Assembly: GCF_000485595.1 (NCBI RefSeq)
Contig: NW_014577061.1
Span: 720,728 to 784,727 of the forward strand
Source of the DNA: Priapulus caudatus
Taxonomy: Eukaryota
DNA: 64,000 nt
Reading direction: 5' to 3'
Shown: positions 1-12,210 of the stretch, one piece after another
Layout: every line of letters starts with the position of its first letter
Numbering within the stretch: position 1 is the stretch's first letter
Made by a program: the position numbers and the translations under genes
Notes under the pieces: generated by a model
What the model was told of the DNA's origin: nothing
Databases searched by the model: none
The model's input: only the letters and a program-made list of their open reading frames with translations

Positions 1-160
1 GAGCAGCGCGCAGACGCAAGACACCGCAGCAACGAGCAGCGCGCAGACGCAAGACACCGCAGCAACGAGCAGCGCGCAGACGCAAGACACCGCAGCAACG
101 AGCAGCGCGCAGACGCAAGACACCGCAGCAACGAGCAGCGCACAGACGCAAGACACCGCA
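1..160. repeat. 33-bp minisatellite (GAGCAGCGCGCAGACGCAAGACACCGCAGCAAC)
   Basis: About 5 tandem copies, running off the window start. Confidence 0.95.
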
Positions 161-959
161 CACAACTCGCACGCTGGCGGGGCAATCGAGAGCCGCCCAC
201 GTTATTGTGGTCGGTCGACGCCCAATTGACGAACAATGGCAATAACACACACACACAGCCAGTATTTTAAAAAGCCGTCCGAAAATGAACACCAAAAGGA
301 AAAGTGAGGGAAGTAGATGGGTGGGGGCCGGTGGAAGTGAGAGGCATGCACGAGAAAATAACTCGAATTCATAAACGCATTATGCATGGAAGTAGCACTG
401 GTAGCAAAAACCCCTACGTGTCCTTCATGCGAGCGCTAGACGTGCGTTGTTATACACGCTTAGCGAATAATAGCTATTTAATAGCGATAAGCAATCAAGT
501 TTCCGTCGCCCCCTCCGCACAAAAGAGCACACGGAGCCAGAACACAAGCAAACGCCTTCGTTTCTAGAAGTCACGCGACTCGATCGGTTCAGCAGCATCT
601 GTGCGAACCCACGCGCACCTGATAGCGGTGCAAATCCGACAGCCGACGCCCGCAGAGATGCCCCGCCGCTTTCTTACGCGTATAACTTAGTGCCGACTGC
701 CAACACAGCGAGTTGCCGCGACTGAGATGTATCCCTGGATGTAACTGGTCGGCTGACCTTCCGCGTCCTCTGCGTAGCATGCCCGCAGAGATGCGACGAC
801 AGCAGGCGGCGAACGCGATCCGAATTAGCGCGTCACTTCTCCGCCAGACACCATTTGATATCGCGGTTTCCGCTCGCAAATATTTTGATTAAAGAAAAAG
901 GCACGGCGGGCGTATTGGCGGCATCCGAGACAAGTGAGCGGCACCGACAGCACAAGCAT

Positions 960-1146
960 CGCCACCGCCGGTGTCGCCGCTGCTGCTGCTGCTGCTGCTG
1001 TTGCTGCCGCCGCTGCTGCCGCCTGTGCCGCTGCTGCTGCTGCTGTTTCCGCCGGTGCTGCTGCTACCGCTGCTGTTGCTGCTACCGGTGCCGCCGATGT
1101 TGCTGCTACCGGTGCCGCCGATGTTGCTGCTACTGCTGCTGCTGCC
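960..1146. repeat. (GCT/GCC)n trinucleotide-rich repeat
   Basis: Source of the poly-Ala, poly-Cys and poly-Leu ORFs. A degraded copy lies at ~4125-4305. Confidence 0.9.
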
Positions 1147-1489
1147 CTACCACAATATCCAGCTCATCAAGAGCAGATAAAGAAGCCTTCTTTATCTGCT
1201 CTTGATNNNNNNNNNNNNNNNNNNNNNNNNNNNNNNNNNNNNNNNNNNNNNNNNNNNNNNNNNNNNNNNNNNNNNNNNNNNNNNNNNNNNNNNNNNNNNN
1301 NNNNNNNNNNNNNNNNNNNNNNNNNNNNNNNNNNNNNNNNNNNNNNNNNNNNNNNNNNNNNNNNNNNNNNNNNNNNNNNNNNNNNNNNNNNNNNNNNNNN
1401 NNNNNNNNNNNNNNNNNNNNNNNNNNNNNNNNNNNNNNNNNNNNNNNNNNNNNNNNNNNNNNNNNNNNNNNNNNNNNNNNNNNNNNNNN

Positions 1490-1536
<47 letters not shown>

Positions 1537-1851
1537 AAAAAAGCACCAAAACAGTCTGGAATCTCTTTACGCGGTTATGAATGGTTCTTATGATAACAAA
1601 CTGCGGGTATCTATATATATAAAGTTGTTCAGCCGAATTATTCCGTACTCGCATAACTAGAGAGCAACCGCAGCCTAGAGGAAAACTAACGATTTTTTCA
1701 GAATCAGCACATCTGGGAGATGGTTCTGGCTGAAACAAACATTTAAAAAAGTTAAAAAATTAAAAATTGATAAAAATTCTATTCATCAATAGATGGTGGT
1801 GCGTACAGATTAACATCACGTACGTGTGAATCCATTCTGTATACCATGAAA

Positions 1852-1923
1852 GGCGCAGTGGCCTAATCGCTAGAACATCCGTCTCCTATACCGGGATTCC
1901 GGGTTCGAGTCGCAGCTGTGGTA
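1852..1923 (+). pseudogene. Degenerate tRNA-Arg(CCT)-derived sequence (tRNA pseudogene or SINE head)
   Basis: 72 nt collinear with metazoan tRNA-Arg-CCT as I recall it: CAGTGGCCTAAT (A box), loop CTCCTAT with CCT at 1885-1887, GGATT, GGGTTCGAGTC (B box), CTG.GGTA. Stems carry several mismatches. T-runs follow. Confidence 0.7.
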
Positions 1924-2040
1924 CTTATTTTCCCCTTTTTTTCTTTTTTTCCCTTTACCTACCTCTTTAGTATGTATTATTTTTAAATTTTTAATTTTTA
2001 ATGTCTTTTATCTTTTGATTTCTTATTATTTTCTACTGTT

Positions 2041-2240
2041 TGGGATGGGATGAGATGGGATAGCATGGGATGGGATGGCATGGGATGGGATGGCATGGGA
2101 TGCCGGGATAGGATAGGATGGGATGCGGTGGGATGGGATGGGATGGCATGGCATGGTATGGCATAGGATGTCATGGAATGGCATGGCATGGCATGGGATG
2201 GAATGAGATGGATGTGGATGCATGGATGGATGCATGGATA
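2041..2240. repeat. (ATGGG/ATGGC)n pentanucleotide satellite inside the Helitron
   Basis: Direct inspection. Confidence 0.9.
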
Positions 2241-2799
2241 GATAGAGATTTTTTGGGTATTTTCCTTTCAACCAAGCGGTCACCAACTGAGTAACGCCAT
2301 TGATTTCCCCGGGCAACGCCGGATATCCCGCATCGCTAGTATACAATACAATTATATCGCGTGAGGTTCGTACGTAGTTAATACTCATAGAAACCATCGA
2401 TGGCTCTCAACCGACTTTCTTCCGTTCTGGGGCTTTTCTTTAGTCTTTTGTCTTTAGTCTTTCTTTCTTTTTTCTTTAGTCTCGTCCGATATACCACGAG
2501 GTGCGCAGTTATAGCTCTCACGCGAGCCGCCCAGTCTATCACGGCGCTACGCTATATAGCTCTAGAACTATAGCCCTTCGCCCTGTCACAGGCCTGTGGC
2601 AGAGCGAAATGCTACAGTTCTAGAGCTAGGCGCTACCCTATTCGATACGCGACCCATGCTGAATCAGCAGACAACAGCTGATCGGGGCGCAGCCAATAAG
2701 CACCGGCGGCCCACAGCGGGAACCGGCGGCTGTCGGCGCCGAGGGCGTCGGTGGGCGGTTGCGTAACCAGGGCGCGTAAAATCGTAGCCGCCTTGCCGC

Positions 2800-3180
2800 G
2801 TACACACGCAAGACACCGTAGCAACGAGCAGCACGCAGACGCAAGACACCGTAGCAACGAGCAGCGCGCAGACGCAAGACACCGTATCAACGAGCAGCGC
2901 ACAGACGCAAGACACCGTAGCAACGAGCAGCGCACAGACGCAAGACACCGTAGCAACGAGCAGCGCGCACCGCACAAGAACCAAGACCCCGTACAATGAA
3001 GCCAGCGCGACAGACGCAGACACCGCACAGCAACGAGTCGACGCGCGCAGACGCATAGACACCGCACAACGAGCCGCGCGCAGACGCAACACACGCAAGC
3101 CAGTCACGACAGCGCGCAGCGCATAGAATATCTGAGCGCAAGCAACGAGCAAGCGGACAGCCAACGACACCGCACACAAG
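2800..3180. repeat. Second array of the same 33-bp minisatellite, decaying at its 3' side
   Basis: GCAAGACACCGTAGCAACGAGCAGCGCACAGAC units. Confidence 0.9.
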
Positions 3181-6100
3181 TCTCGCACGCTGGCGAAGCA
3201 ATCGAAGCCCCCAGTTCTTGTGGGTCGTCGAACGCCCAATTGATCGAACAACGGCACATAACACGACCACAGCCAGATCATTTTACAAAGCCGCCCAAAA
3301 TGAACACCAAAAGGCAAAAGTAGAAGTAGGGGTGGGCCGGTGAAGTGAAGCATGCACGAAAAGACATAACCGAATTCATAAACGCATCACATGGCAAGTA
3401 CACTGTACAAAAACCCCTACGTGAGCCTTGATGCGAGCAGCTAACTTGTTCCACACACAACCGTACGCGATATACATAGCTAATTCCTTAATAGGCCGAG
3501 TCAACATCATTTCCGCTGCCGCGGCAAGTCCCCCCGTCACAGCCCTCCCCGCCGGGCTCCGCCCCCCAACCCGCGCCCGCCGCGCCGCGCCCCGCCCACC
3601 CGACAGGGCAGCGCCGGGCCGGCCAAAATCTATCCGCGCTCCGCGCCCCGCCCCGCCCCCCCCCCCCCCGCGGTCACGGTCCGCACAAAAGACACACGAG
3701 CCAAACACAAGCAAAAACGCCTTCCTTTCTAGAAGTCACGCGACTCGATCGTTCAGCGCATCTTGTGCGAAAACCACGCGCACCTTGATAGCGGTGCAAA
3801 TCCGAACGAGTCGACCCCGGCAGGATCCCCAGCCTTTCTTACGCGTAATAGACTTTAGCTGGCCGACTGCCAACACAGCGAGTTGCCGCGACGGATTAAT
3901 CCCTGGATGTAACTGTCGGCTGACCTCGCCGTCCTCATGAGTAGCATGCCGCAGAGATTCTATCACAGCAGGCGCGAACGCGATCCTAAATCAGCGAGTC
4001 CCACTTCCCGCAGACCACCATTATATGGCGTTCCGCTCGCCAATATTTTGATAAAGAAAAGCACGGCGGCGTATGGCGGCATCCGATACAAGTGAGCGAG
4101 GTCACCGAACAGCTACAAGATCCGCACCGCCGTGATCGCCTCTGCTGTCTGCCTGCTGCTGCTTTGCTGCCGCCCTGCTGCCGCCTTGTGCCGCTGCTGC
4201 TGCGCCTGTTCCGCCGGCTGCGCTACCCTGCTGTTGCTGCTACCGGTCCGGCCGACTGTTGCTGCAAACCTTGGCCGCCGATTGCTGCTACTGCTGCTCG
4301 CCTGCCCTAACAACAATACCAACCATCAAATCAAAAAGAAGAAGCCGGTACAAGGGTAAAGCTGGAACCATGGCTGCCAGCTAACTTATGTCCGAATTAA
4401 TATAAACTTTTCACCGTTTATTTTGACGATCCTTTTGCAGTATAATTGTTAGCTGCTTACCTTGTTCATAAAAACAAACCGTCCATGTCCCTAACGATGC
4501 CCTACCTGGAGATATATGATCAGCTTAAAATCTGGTATTTCCCAAACCCCGACTGCAAGATCTGGAACTGCGTTCCCTCTCCCGAAGTTTATAACTTATC
4601 GGAAACTCGTCTGCCCGAATGACTTCTGTTATTGATTGCCATATGGATGACCACCACCTGTGCCACCTCACGCCCACCTTCAACGCTGATCTGTAATTAT
4701 TACGTAGCAGTCGCACTATGGCGCTACACAGCGGTCTACCGAAGCAACACACCTGGAAAACACCTTCCGAGAACAGTCCGCAGTTCACACTGAACTCTCG
4801 CTTCTGTTCGCGCGAAAATACAATCTTTCACCGCTCATTATCTCAGCGTAGGGCCATCGTAGGACGATCGGTGTTTTTAATAGAACAAGATAAGACAGCT
4901 AATAATAAACTGTCAAGATCGTCAAAAATATAAAACGGAAAAGTTTTATAATTCGACAATACTGGCAGCACTGTTTCAGCATACCCTTGTACCTCTCCTT
5001 CTTATCTTGCTTTAGCTCACCATCTGAGAGGCGGGATGGCCCGCGCGATTCGATTGCAGGCTTCATTGCTTTGCCTTTGACACCCACCCAGACACCAAAC
5101 TCCAATCTCAAAATGTTTGTTCTGGGTTTTGACCGCTAGATAAGTACGTTCTGAATTATTTTCCATGAAAAGCATATCTCTTTCCTCATTAATAATAACA
5201 ATAAATCACTATAACATGCAATTCTTATTCATGCAAATGTGTACTTTATTCTAGTCTCACTCTTAAGTTATGAGAGGGTCGCTCTCGTAATATTACGATA
5301 CATACGTATCCTAACACCATGATCTCTAAATAATATACATTAATATATATACATTCTTATAGGCAAAATTATGATTATCGTGCACAATTGTATAGCACGC
5401 TCTGATAATATCATATGCAGATCAAGTGATTACACTCACTCGTATGACTTCGTCGCAGGATCCGAGAAGGACGAGTACGGCTACGACAGTACTACTAGAG
5501 CACGACGGGTACTTCTAGTACTAAGCTACACAGTACTAGAGCTATACTAACTCGTACTCGTGACGCAGATAGTATATTTTACTAGACTGTAATACGTAGT
5601 ATAGCCTAGTGTTTAACCTGACGTCAGCTGAAACGTAAACTAATCGACCAACCGCACGACATAAACAGCAAATTCGGCCTATAAACATAAGTATATGACT
5701 AGACGCTCTCATAACTTAAGATAAGAGAAAATAACAACATTGCACAAAGAATTCGCACATATAAGTGAATCATATATACTTATAATAATTAGTAAAAATA
5801 TTGTCTTCATGAAATACATCAATAACTTTACTTATCATAGCGGTCATAAACCAAAACAAACATTACAAACGGCGTGTTCTCTTGTCTTGAAGTCCTTCAG
5901 CTCAAAAGCAAACTCATGCAAGAACGCATGAATTCTTGGTAATCCAATCAAACCCATGGTTGAGTTTAAAGAAACTACTAAAAAACTACTTTAACCCTAA
6001 CTTACAGAAATCGAGAAATTTTGGTAAATACAGTGGCATTTGCTATCAATCATGAGGACTAGAATCTGCCAAATTCCAGCCATCAGAAGGCGCCTAAATC

Positions 6101-7447
6101 TCTATGTCTATTACCGTTGGGAAAAAAATTTTGCGGCCGGCGGCTTCTACTGCAAAATTGCACCTCTCACTCTCTCCTGCCCAAATTGCTCTCCCTCCAC
6201 TCTCTTTCCCTTCCTCTTTCTCTCCTCCTGCCTTTATTTATAACCCGCTCCCACCTCTCATGTTCCTCTCCCTCATTTACCGCCCTCCCTTGCGTCGCGT
6301 CCCACCGTGCTCCTGCCTACTCTCTTTTCTCTTTCACTCGCTCTTAAAGCCTTTCTCCTCTGTCAGCTGCTCTGTCTGCCCGCCTGCCTGCGTGCCTGCC
6401 TCCTCCTGTCTGTTGTCTCTGCTGAAATAAGTCCAGTGTCCGTTGCTGTGTCTGTGTCTTCCTCCTCTCATATATTATCTCTCTACTAGTGCTCGCTCTC
6501 TCTCTCTCTTCTCCTCCGGCGTGCGCTCTCCCTCTCTCCTCTTGCACTCCTTCTCTCTCTCTCTCTCTCTCTGCTTGCTCCTGCGAATTCCCGGGCTACT
6601 ACAAGCAGCTGCTGATTATAAGTAGGAGCTGTTCTAAGACCGAACGAGCTCTCCGACAAAAGCCGGATCAATTTCAAAACCTATCCCGGCGCACGAGCCA
6701 CGCCATCGTCTCGCACTTCCCCCGCTGATCTCGACAACGTAAGCCAGTCAACTGCCACAGCGCGCCGGGGCGGGACCTGGCCAGCATGGTGACGTGTGGC
6801 GCGCACCGCTGCATTCCCACGCGCTGCATCGCGCGCCACTGCAACGCTGCCGCGACCCTGCACGCCACCACCATCATTCGCGACTTCTCGATGAAAACCG
6901 AGCCGAACGGCATGAAGCCGATAATTGTTTACGAGTTTGTGTCGTGTTCCAGGCGTTGCATCACGTACCCCAGGCGGCCGCTAATGGATTGAATCGTTAG
7001 CCTAACAGACCAGACCTTATCAAAATCTGCAGAGCGAATGGATATTGCCCAACACTTGACACCCTCTATTGACTAAATTCCTGACTCAGACTCAGACGGT
7101 CGAAAGATGAATCGTGAGCGTGGATATGAACTAGCAGTAGATCACGAATCCGCAGCACGATTCAATTGTCTATACACCATGTAGTGTAATCGATATATAG
7201 TTTGCGTCTGTCCTGATTGATACAACGGTACTATTTCTAGCTTTCGTTTCCCTATATTAGAAAACTATGCTACTCGGGATCCGGATTTTTTGGTACCTGC
7301 TTTCGCTAATTATGCTTATTTCGTGCTATGCATTGCGTTTCGCAATTTCATGACATTGCCTGATTTTAACAGCCTGAATAAGTTACGCTATAGGATGCTG
7401 TCTAAGNNNNNNNNNNNNNNNNNNNNNNNNNCTAAAAACTACTTTAA

Positions 7448-7973
7448 CCGAACTTTCTGTAAGTTAGGTTAAAGTAGTTTTTAGTATGTTTTCTTTAAAA
7501 CAACATGGGTTTGAGTGAATTAACCCAAATATCATGCCGTTTCTTGACTGATTTGCTTTGACTGAAGAAAACCTTCAAGACAACAGAACAAACGCCGTTT
7601 GTAAATGTTTGTTTTGGTTTATGACCGCTATATAACTATAAGTATAAGCCTAGACCCTCTCATAACTTAAGATTAAGATGAAAATAACACATTTGCACAA
7701 AGAATTGCAAGTATAGTAATATTATATGTTATAATAATGAGTAAAATATGTGTCTTTCATGGAAAATACATCAGATAACTTATACTTATCTAGCGGTCAT
7801 AAACCAAAACAAACATTTACAAACGGCGTTTGTTCTCTTGTCTTGAAGGTTTTCTTCAGTCAAAGCAAATCAGTCAAGAAACGGCATGATATTTGGGTTA
7901 ATTCACTCAAACCCATGTTGTTTTAAAGAAAACATACTAAAAACTACTTTAACCTAACTTACAGAAAGTTCGG
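7448..7973. mobile_element. Foldback/MITE-like element with ~183 bp near-perfect inverted repeats
   Basis: 7448-7630 is the reverse complement of 7791-7973 (CCGAACTTTCTGTAAG...TATGACCGCTA / TAGCGGTCATA...CTTACAGAAAGTTCGG). It lies next to a gap and no TSD is evident. Confidence 0.7.
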
Positions 7974-8441
7974 GAAAGTTTTTGGTAAATAATTGGGGAT
8001 TTTGGCTACAAGTCATGGAGGCTGACATCTTGCCAAATTCCAGCCAATCAGAAGGCGCCTAAATCCTTCTTATGTTATACCGTTTGGGGAAAAAAAATTT
8101 GCGGCCCGGCGTGGCTTCCCTGCAAAGTTCACTCTCTCATCTCTCTCCTGCCCAATTGCTCTTCCTCCCACTCTCTTTCCCTTCCTCTTTCTCTCCCTCC
8201 TGCCTTTTATTTATACCGTTCCACCTCTCTCATGTTCTCTCTCCCTCTATTTTACGCCCCCTCTTCCGTTCTCTCCCACTCTCTCCTGCCTACTCTCTTT
8301 TTCTTTCACTCGCTCTCGCCATCTTCTCCCTCTTGTCAGTCTGTCTGTCTGTCCGCCTGCCTGCGTGCCTGCCTGCCTGCCTGTCTGTCTGTCTGTCTGT
8401 GTCCGTGTCCGTGTCTGTGTCTGTGTCTGTCTCTCTCTCTA

Positions 8442-8475
<34 letters not shown>

Positions 8476-8480
8476 GCGCG

Positions 8481-8539
<59 letters not shown>

Positions 8540-8540
<1 letters not shown>

Positions 8541-8655
8541 CTCCTGGCATTCCCGGGGCTACTACAACAGCGGCTGGATTATAAGTAGGCTGTCTAAGAT
8601 GAAGAGCGTCTCGAAAAAGCCGGATTCGATTTCAAAACATCCCGGCGCACGATGA
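8540..8655 (+). repeat. Dispersed repeat following a (CT)n tract; further copies at ~48588-48702 and ~6577-6695 (noisy)
   Basis: Shared GCTCCTGGCATTCCCGGGGCT..TACAACAGCGGCTGG.TTATAAGTAGGCTGTCTAAGATGAA...TTTCAAAACATCCCGGCGCACGAT. Confidence 0.85.
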
Positions 8656-9228
8656 CGCCACGCTCGCTCCCCCGCTGATCTCACACGTAGCCAGTCAACT
8701 GCCACTAGCGCGCCGGGGCGGGGACCTGGCAGCTGGGTGCGTGTGTGCGCGCACGCGCATGCACGCGCATGCACGCGCGCACGCACGCTGCCGGCGACGC
8801 TGCACGCACCACCATCACTCGCGGACTTCCGCCGATGAAACCGAGCCGACGGTCATGACAGGTCCGATAGATGTGTTTCGAGTATTGGTCGTGTGCGCAG
8901 GCGTTGGCATCACGGCCCCAGGGCGGCCCTAATGGATTGAATCGTTAGCTGTAAAGCAGACCAGACCTATCAAAATCTGGCAGAGAATGATATTGCCCAA
9001 CACCTGTGGACGACCTCTAGTGACATAAATCCTGAGCTGTCAGAGCCAGACGGTCGAAATGAGTTTGAATGTGAGCGATATGGAACTAGCAGGGTAGGAT
9101 CACGAATCCGCAAAGCACGATTCAATTGTCTATAGCACATGTAGTGTAATGGATATTATAGGGTTTGCGTCTGTCCTGAATTGATACAAACGGTACTATA
9201 TATAGCTTTCGTTTCCCTATATTGAAAA

Positions 9229-9645
9229 CTAGTGGGCTACCTGGCGATGCCCGGGATTTTTTGGGGGTTACTGCTTTTCTGCTATTTTATGCGTTTTGTG
9301 CTATTGCTTGCGTTTCGGCATTTCATGTGATTGCCTGATTTTGAGCCTGACTATAGTTGAGCGCTATAGGATTGCTGTTCTAGGATTCGCTGACTTTTCT
9401 GCTGCAGTGTATAGTCGAGCGCTAGGATTGCTGTTATTGTATACTTTTCTGCTGCGCTAGTATTTTTTTGGGGAAATCTGTTTTTGTTTTTTTGCCCTTA
9501 TTTTGGCGTTTTTGTGCAAAATGTTTTTGGCCTAAAATGCGTCGGCGTCATGCGATTGAGAATATACCTCATGGGTGACCGCTTACTGGTCTCAAAAAGG
9601 AAGAAGACAGACAGACAGATAGATCCGGCGATTTATTGTAGGAGA
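9229..9645 (-). mobile_element. Non-autonomous Helitron (~417 bp)
   Basis: The minus strand starts A|TCTCCTACAATAAA...CTGTCTGTCTGTC and ends CCCGGGCATCGCCAGG-TAGCCCA-CTAG|T. The 3' hairpin resembles that of the 1610-2339 element. Confidence 0.65.
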
Positions 9646-9894
9646 TAAATACGAAAAACTCGAAAATACGAAGTGCCTGAGTGCCTGCGAAAACTACTTG
9701 TACCAAAATAAGCAGCAAGTTGAGCATTTATACCTTTCAGCAGTAGTCGTGTACGACGCTTTTGTCTCTCCTTCGAAGCTAAATTTGTTTTAATAGAACT
9801 AACAAAAATAGTCGACAATACAGCTAGAAAAATAGCGGTCAAAATGCAAATTCAACATGCAGTCGATGGATGAGCAGTGAACGGCCGCATTGAA

Positions 9895-10123
9895 TTAGTA
9901 GGAGGGTATATAGCGCCACCTCGCGGACATTTCTTAAAATAATAAATAATTTTAATTGTAATTTTAAACTTTTTTATTTTGTGTATTTTTTTTTTGACCT
10001 TGCCTTTGGTCGTCGCGACATGCTGATTAAGAATATATATGGTGTTGGGGTGAGCTCTTACGGGGGGGGAGAAGATAGACAGAAGGACAGACACAAAAAC
10101 AGGCTCGCCCTTTATGTAAGAGA
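9895..10123 (-). mobile_element. Possible short Helitron-like element
   Basis: The minus strand begins A|TCTCTTACATAAAGGGCGAGCC..TGTGTCTGTCC, similar to the 9645 5' end. A possible CTAA|T end exists at 9895, but the 3' hairpin is weak. Confidence 0.3.
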
Positions 10124-11934
10124 TGCAATCAACGAATTTCTGCCATCGTCTTGAGCAAAAAAGATTAGCACTAGCTGTTTCTAAAATTTCTTGATTGTAT
10201 TTGTCGTGGCATATCAAATTCTTTCCAAGTAGTATTAAATAAATTATTTCATAAATAACTGCACAATCGAGAAAAATATAGCGAAATATAGTCCCACCTA
10301 ATAGCAAACATATTACTGATTACTCCCGTATAAAATTACCATAGGTTTATACTGTTATGGTATATAAAATGACAAAAAATACAGTCGTTCTTTCGTATAG
10401 CGAAAATTCACTTGAAATCGGCAACCAATACACAAAAGTGCATCTCATTGAGCGACATAGTGGTTCTAGACTAGTACAACATCTATATTACCTAATTAAA
10501 GTCACCACGTAAAAGTACTGGGACAGGGTCTCGTGAAAACAAGTGGTTTCATCATGTAACCGCGGCAACACGATGTAAAGAAACAAGTTTCAATCCGTGT
10601 GTATTTTGTGAAAATAATAATAATAGCCTAGACATAACTAAGCACCCCACTAGCCTAACTTTAGACATTAATAAGTACCAATATGTACTGCAGCCACCAG
10701 AAAAATACTAGAACGGTCAGAAAGACTGTTTGAATGCTTACTATTACTTTAATGCTCTGTCAGATTTGCATAATTGTTAACTATTACTTGTTGGAAACAT
10801 ATACACAGTGACGCCAGTAGAAATCGTTTAATTTACTGCAGATCAGAACCAATTACCAGAGAAAATCACGCCATCTTCTGTCCACAATTTTCACCGCGGA
10901 TTATATACGTATATATATATATATATTATAATGTTTCTCAGGTTATTGATATATTTTCAGCTATGGCGGAATTTGTTATGTGATACTATAGTTATTCATT
11001 AGCCTTGTACGTATTATGGCTTCATGATCAGTTGACAGCAACCGGCGGTAGCGCTTATTCAACTCCTGATTCTCCCTTACCCCTCCTTCCCTTACTCCCT
11101 CTCACCCACTTCTCTCCCTCCCTCCCTTTCTCTCCCTCTCGAGTCCCGATGTTTCTCTCTTCCTATTTCAATTCCTTCCTCCCCCATTCCTCCTTCCATC
11201 CCCCTCCCCCTCCCCCTCACTCTCTCTTTCTATCTCCCCCTCGCTCTCACTATCCCGCCCTTCTTTCCCACTCGCCTCCCGTTTCTCGCTCTTCATAACT
11301 CTTACTTGAACGCTCTCGCAGCCATATTTGCTCCCTCACGCTCGTTCTCCCTTGCTACGTCTCTCCCAATCTCGCTCGATCGACTACCAAGATTGGCAAG
11401 AGGTATAATGAGGGTGAGTTGTGCAGCGGCAATCTTCTCACTACCCGTCTCCCAGCGGAGGCTGCGGTCGCCGTCTGCATACTAATCCAGCCGGTCGCGG
11501 GAGACCCTGCAGAATGCTGCGAGCCCAGGCGCACCCTAGTTCCATGAAAACGACCATTGGTGAGCTCTCCTCGCCATTTCGACGACACATGACGAACCCC
11601 TACAGTAATTAATGCATCACAAAAAATTCTGTTTTGGCGAGAAGCCTCTGGCATGCGTCAGCCGCTCCGATCACGCCATCTACGAGCGACCAATAGCGGA
11701 ACGCGGGGTTTGTTATCGCGCATATATACAGTTCATAAACTCTTCCACGTGTACCTAAATGGCACGGAAATGACGCTATCCAGCGCGAAACCTCGCATTA
11801 ACTCTGCATTAGCTACTAGGTGCCGCATTGTGCGCACCTGTAATTACTCATGTCGCAGGTATTCATCACAGCACATGAGACCTGTCCGACGGCATTCTCA
11901 TTCTATTAACTCATAGCTTCGCATAACAAGGTAC

Positions 11935-12210
11935 GGCAGGAATCGTGCACCGGGGAGAAATACACACTTTTCACACATGTGTACACATGTATTGTATACA
12001 TGTTTGTATTGTATACATGTGAACCCTAGCCCTAACCATAAAACCCTAACCCTAACCCTAACCGTAACTTTAACCCTAACCCTATACATAAAAATATTAT
12101 TTTTTAAATGTAAAAAAAACGAAACGAATCCTTCTGACTTGGTACGATTCGGAAGCGTTCGGCTATTTCCGAAAAAATGTGTATTTCTTCCCGGTGTAAA
12201 TATTGTACGA
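11935..12210. mobile_element. TIR element (MITE-like) with an internal CCCTAA block
   Basis: CACCGGGGAGAAATACACAC-TTTTC near 11947 is inverted against GAAAAAATGTGTATTTCTTCCCGGTG near 12171-12196. Telomere-like repeats lie at ~12023-12085. Ends are imprecise. Confidence 0.55.

Larger units (their letters stand above)
1610..2339 (+). mobile_element. Non-autonomous Helitron (~730 bp)
   Basis: The 5' end TCTATATATATAAAG follows an A (1609). The 3' end has a GC hairpin CCGGGCAACGCCGG (2309-2322) then CTAG (2336-2339), followed by T. This is an A|T insertion with no TSD. Confidence 0.75.

Noticed and set aside
855..1593. Cys-rich (metallothionein-like) and poly-Ala ORFs
   Set aside because: They are read-throughs of a GCT microsatellite, and one runs into an N-gap.
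1852..1923. Functional tRNA-Arg gene
   Set aside because: Mismatches in the acceptor, D, anticodon and T stems; kept only as a pseudogene or SINE head.
3428..3940. Pro/Arg-rich 170-aa ORF in a GC-rich patch
   Set aside because: It lies in the noisy duplicate, the frame is not preserved in the cleaner copy, and it has no recognisable domain.
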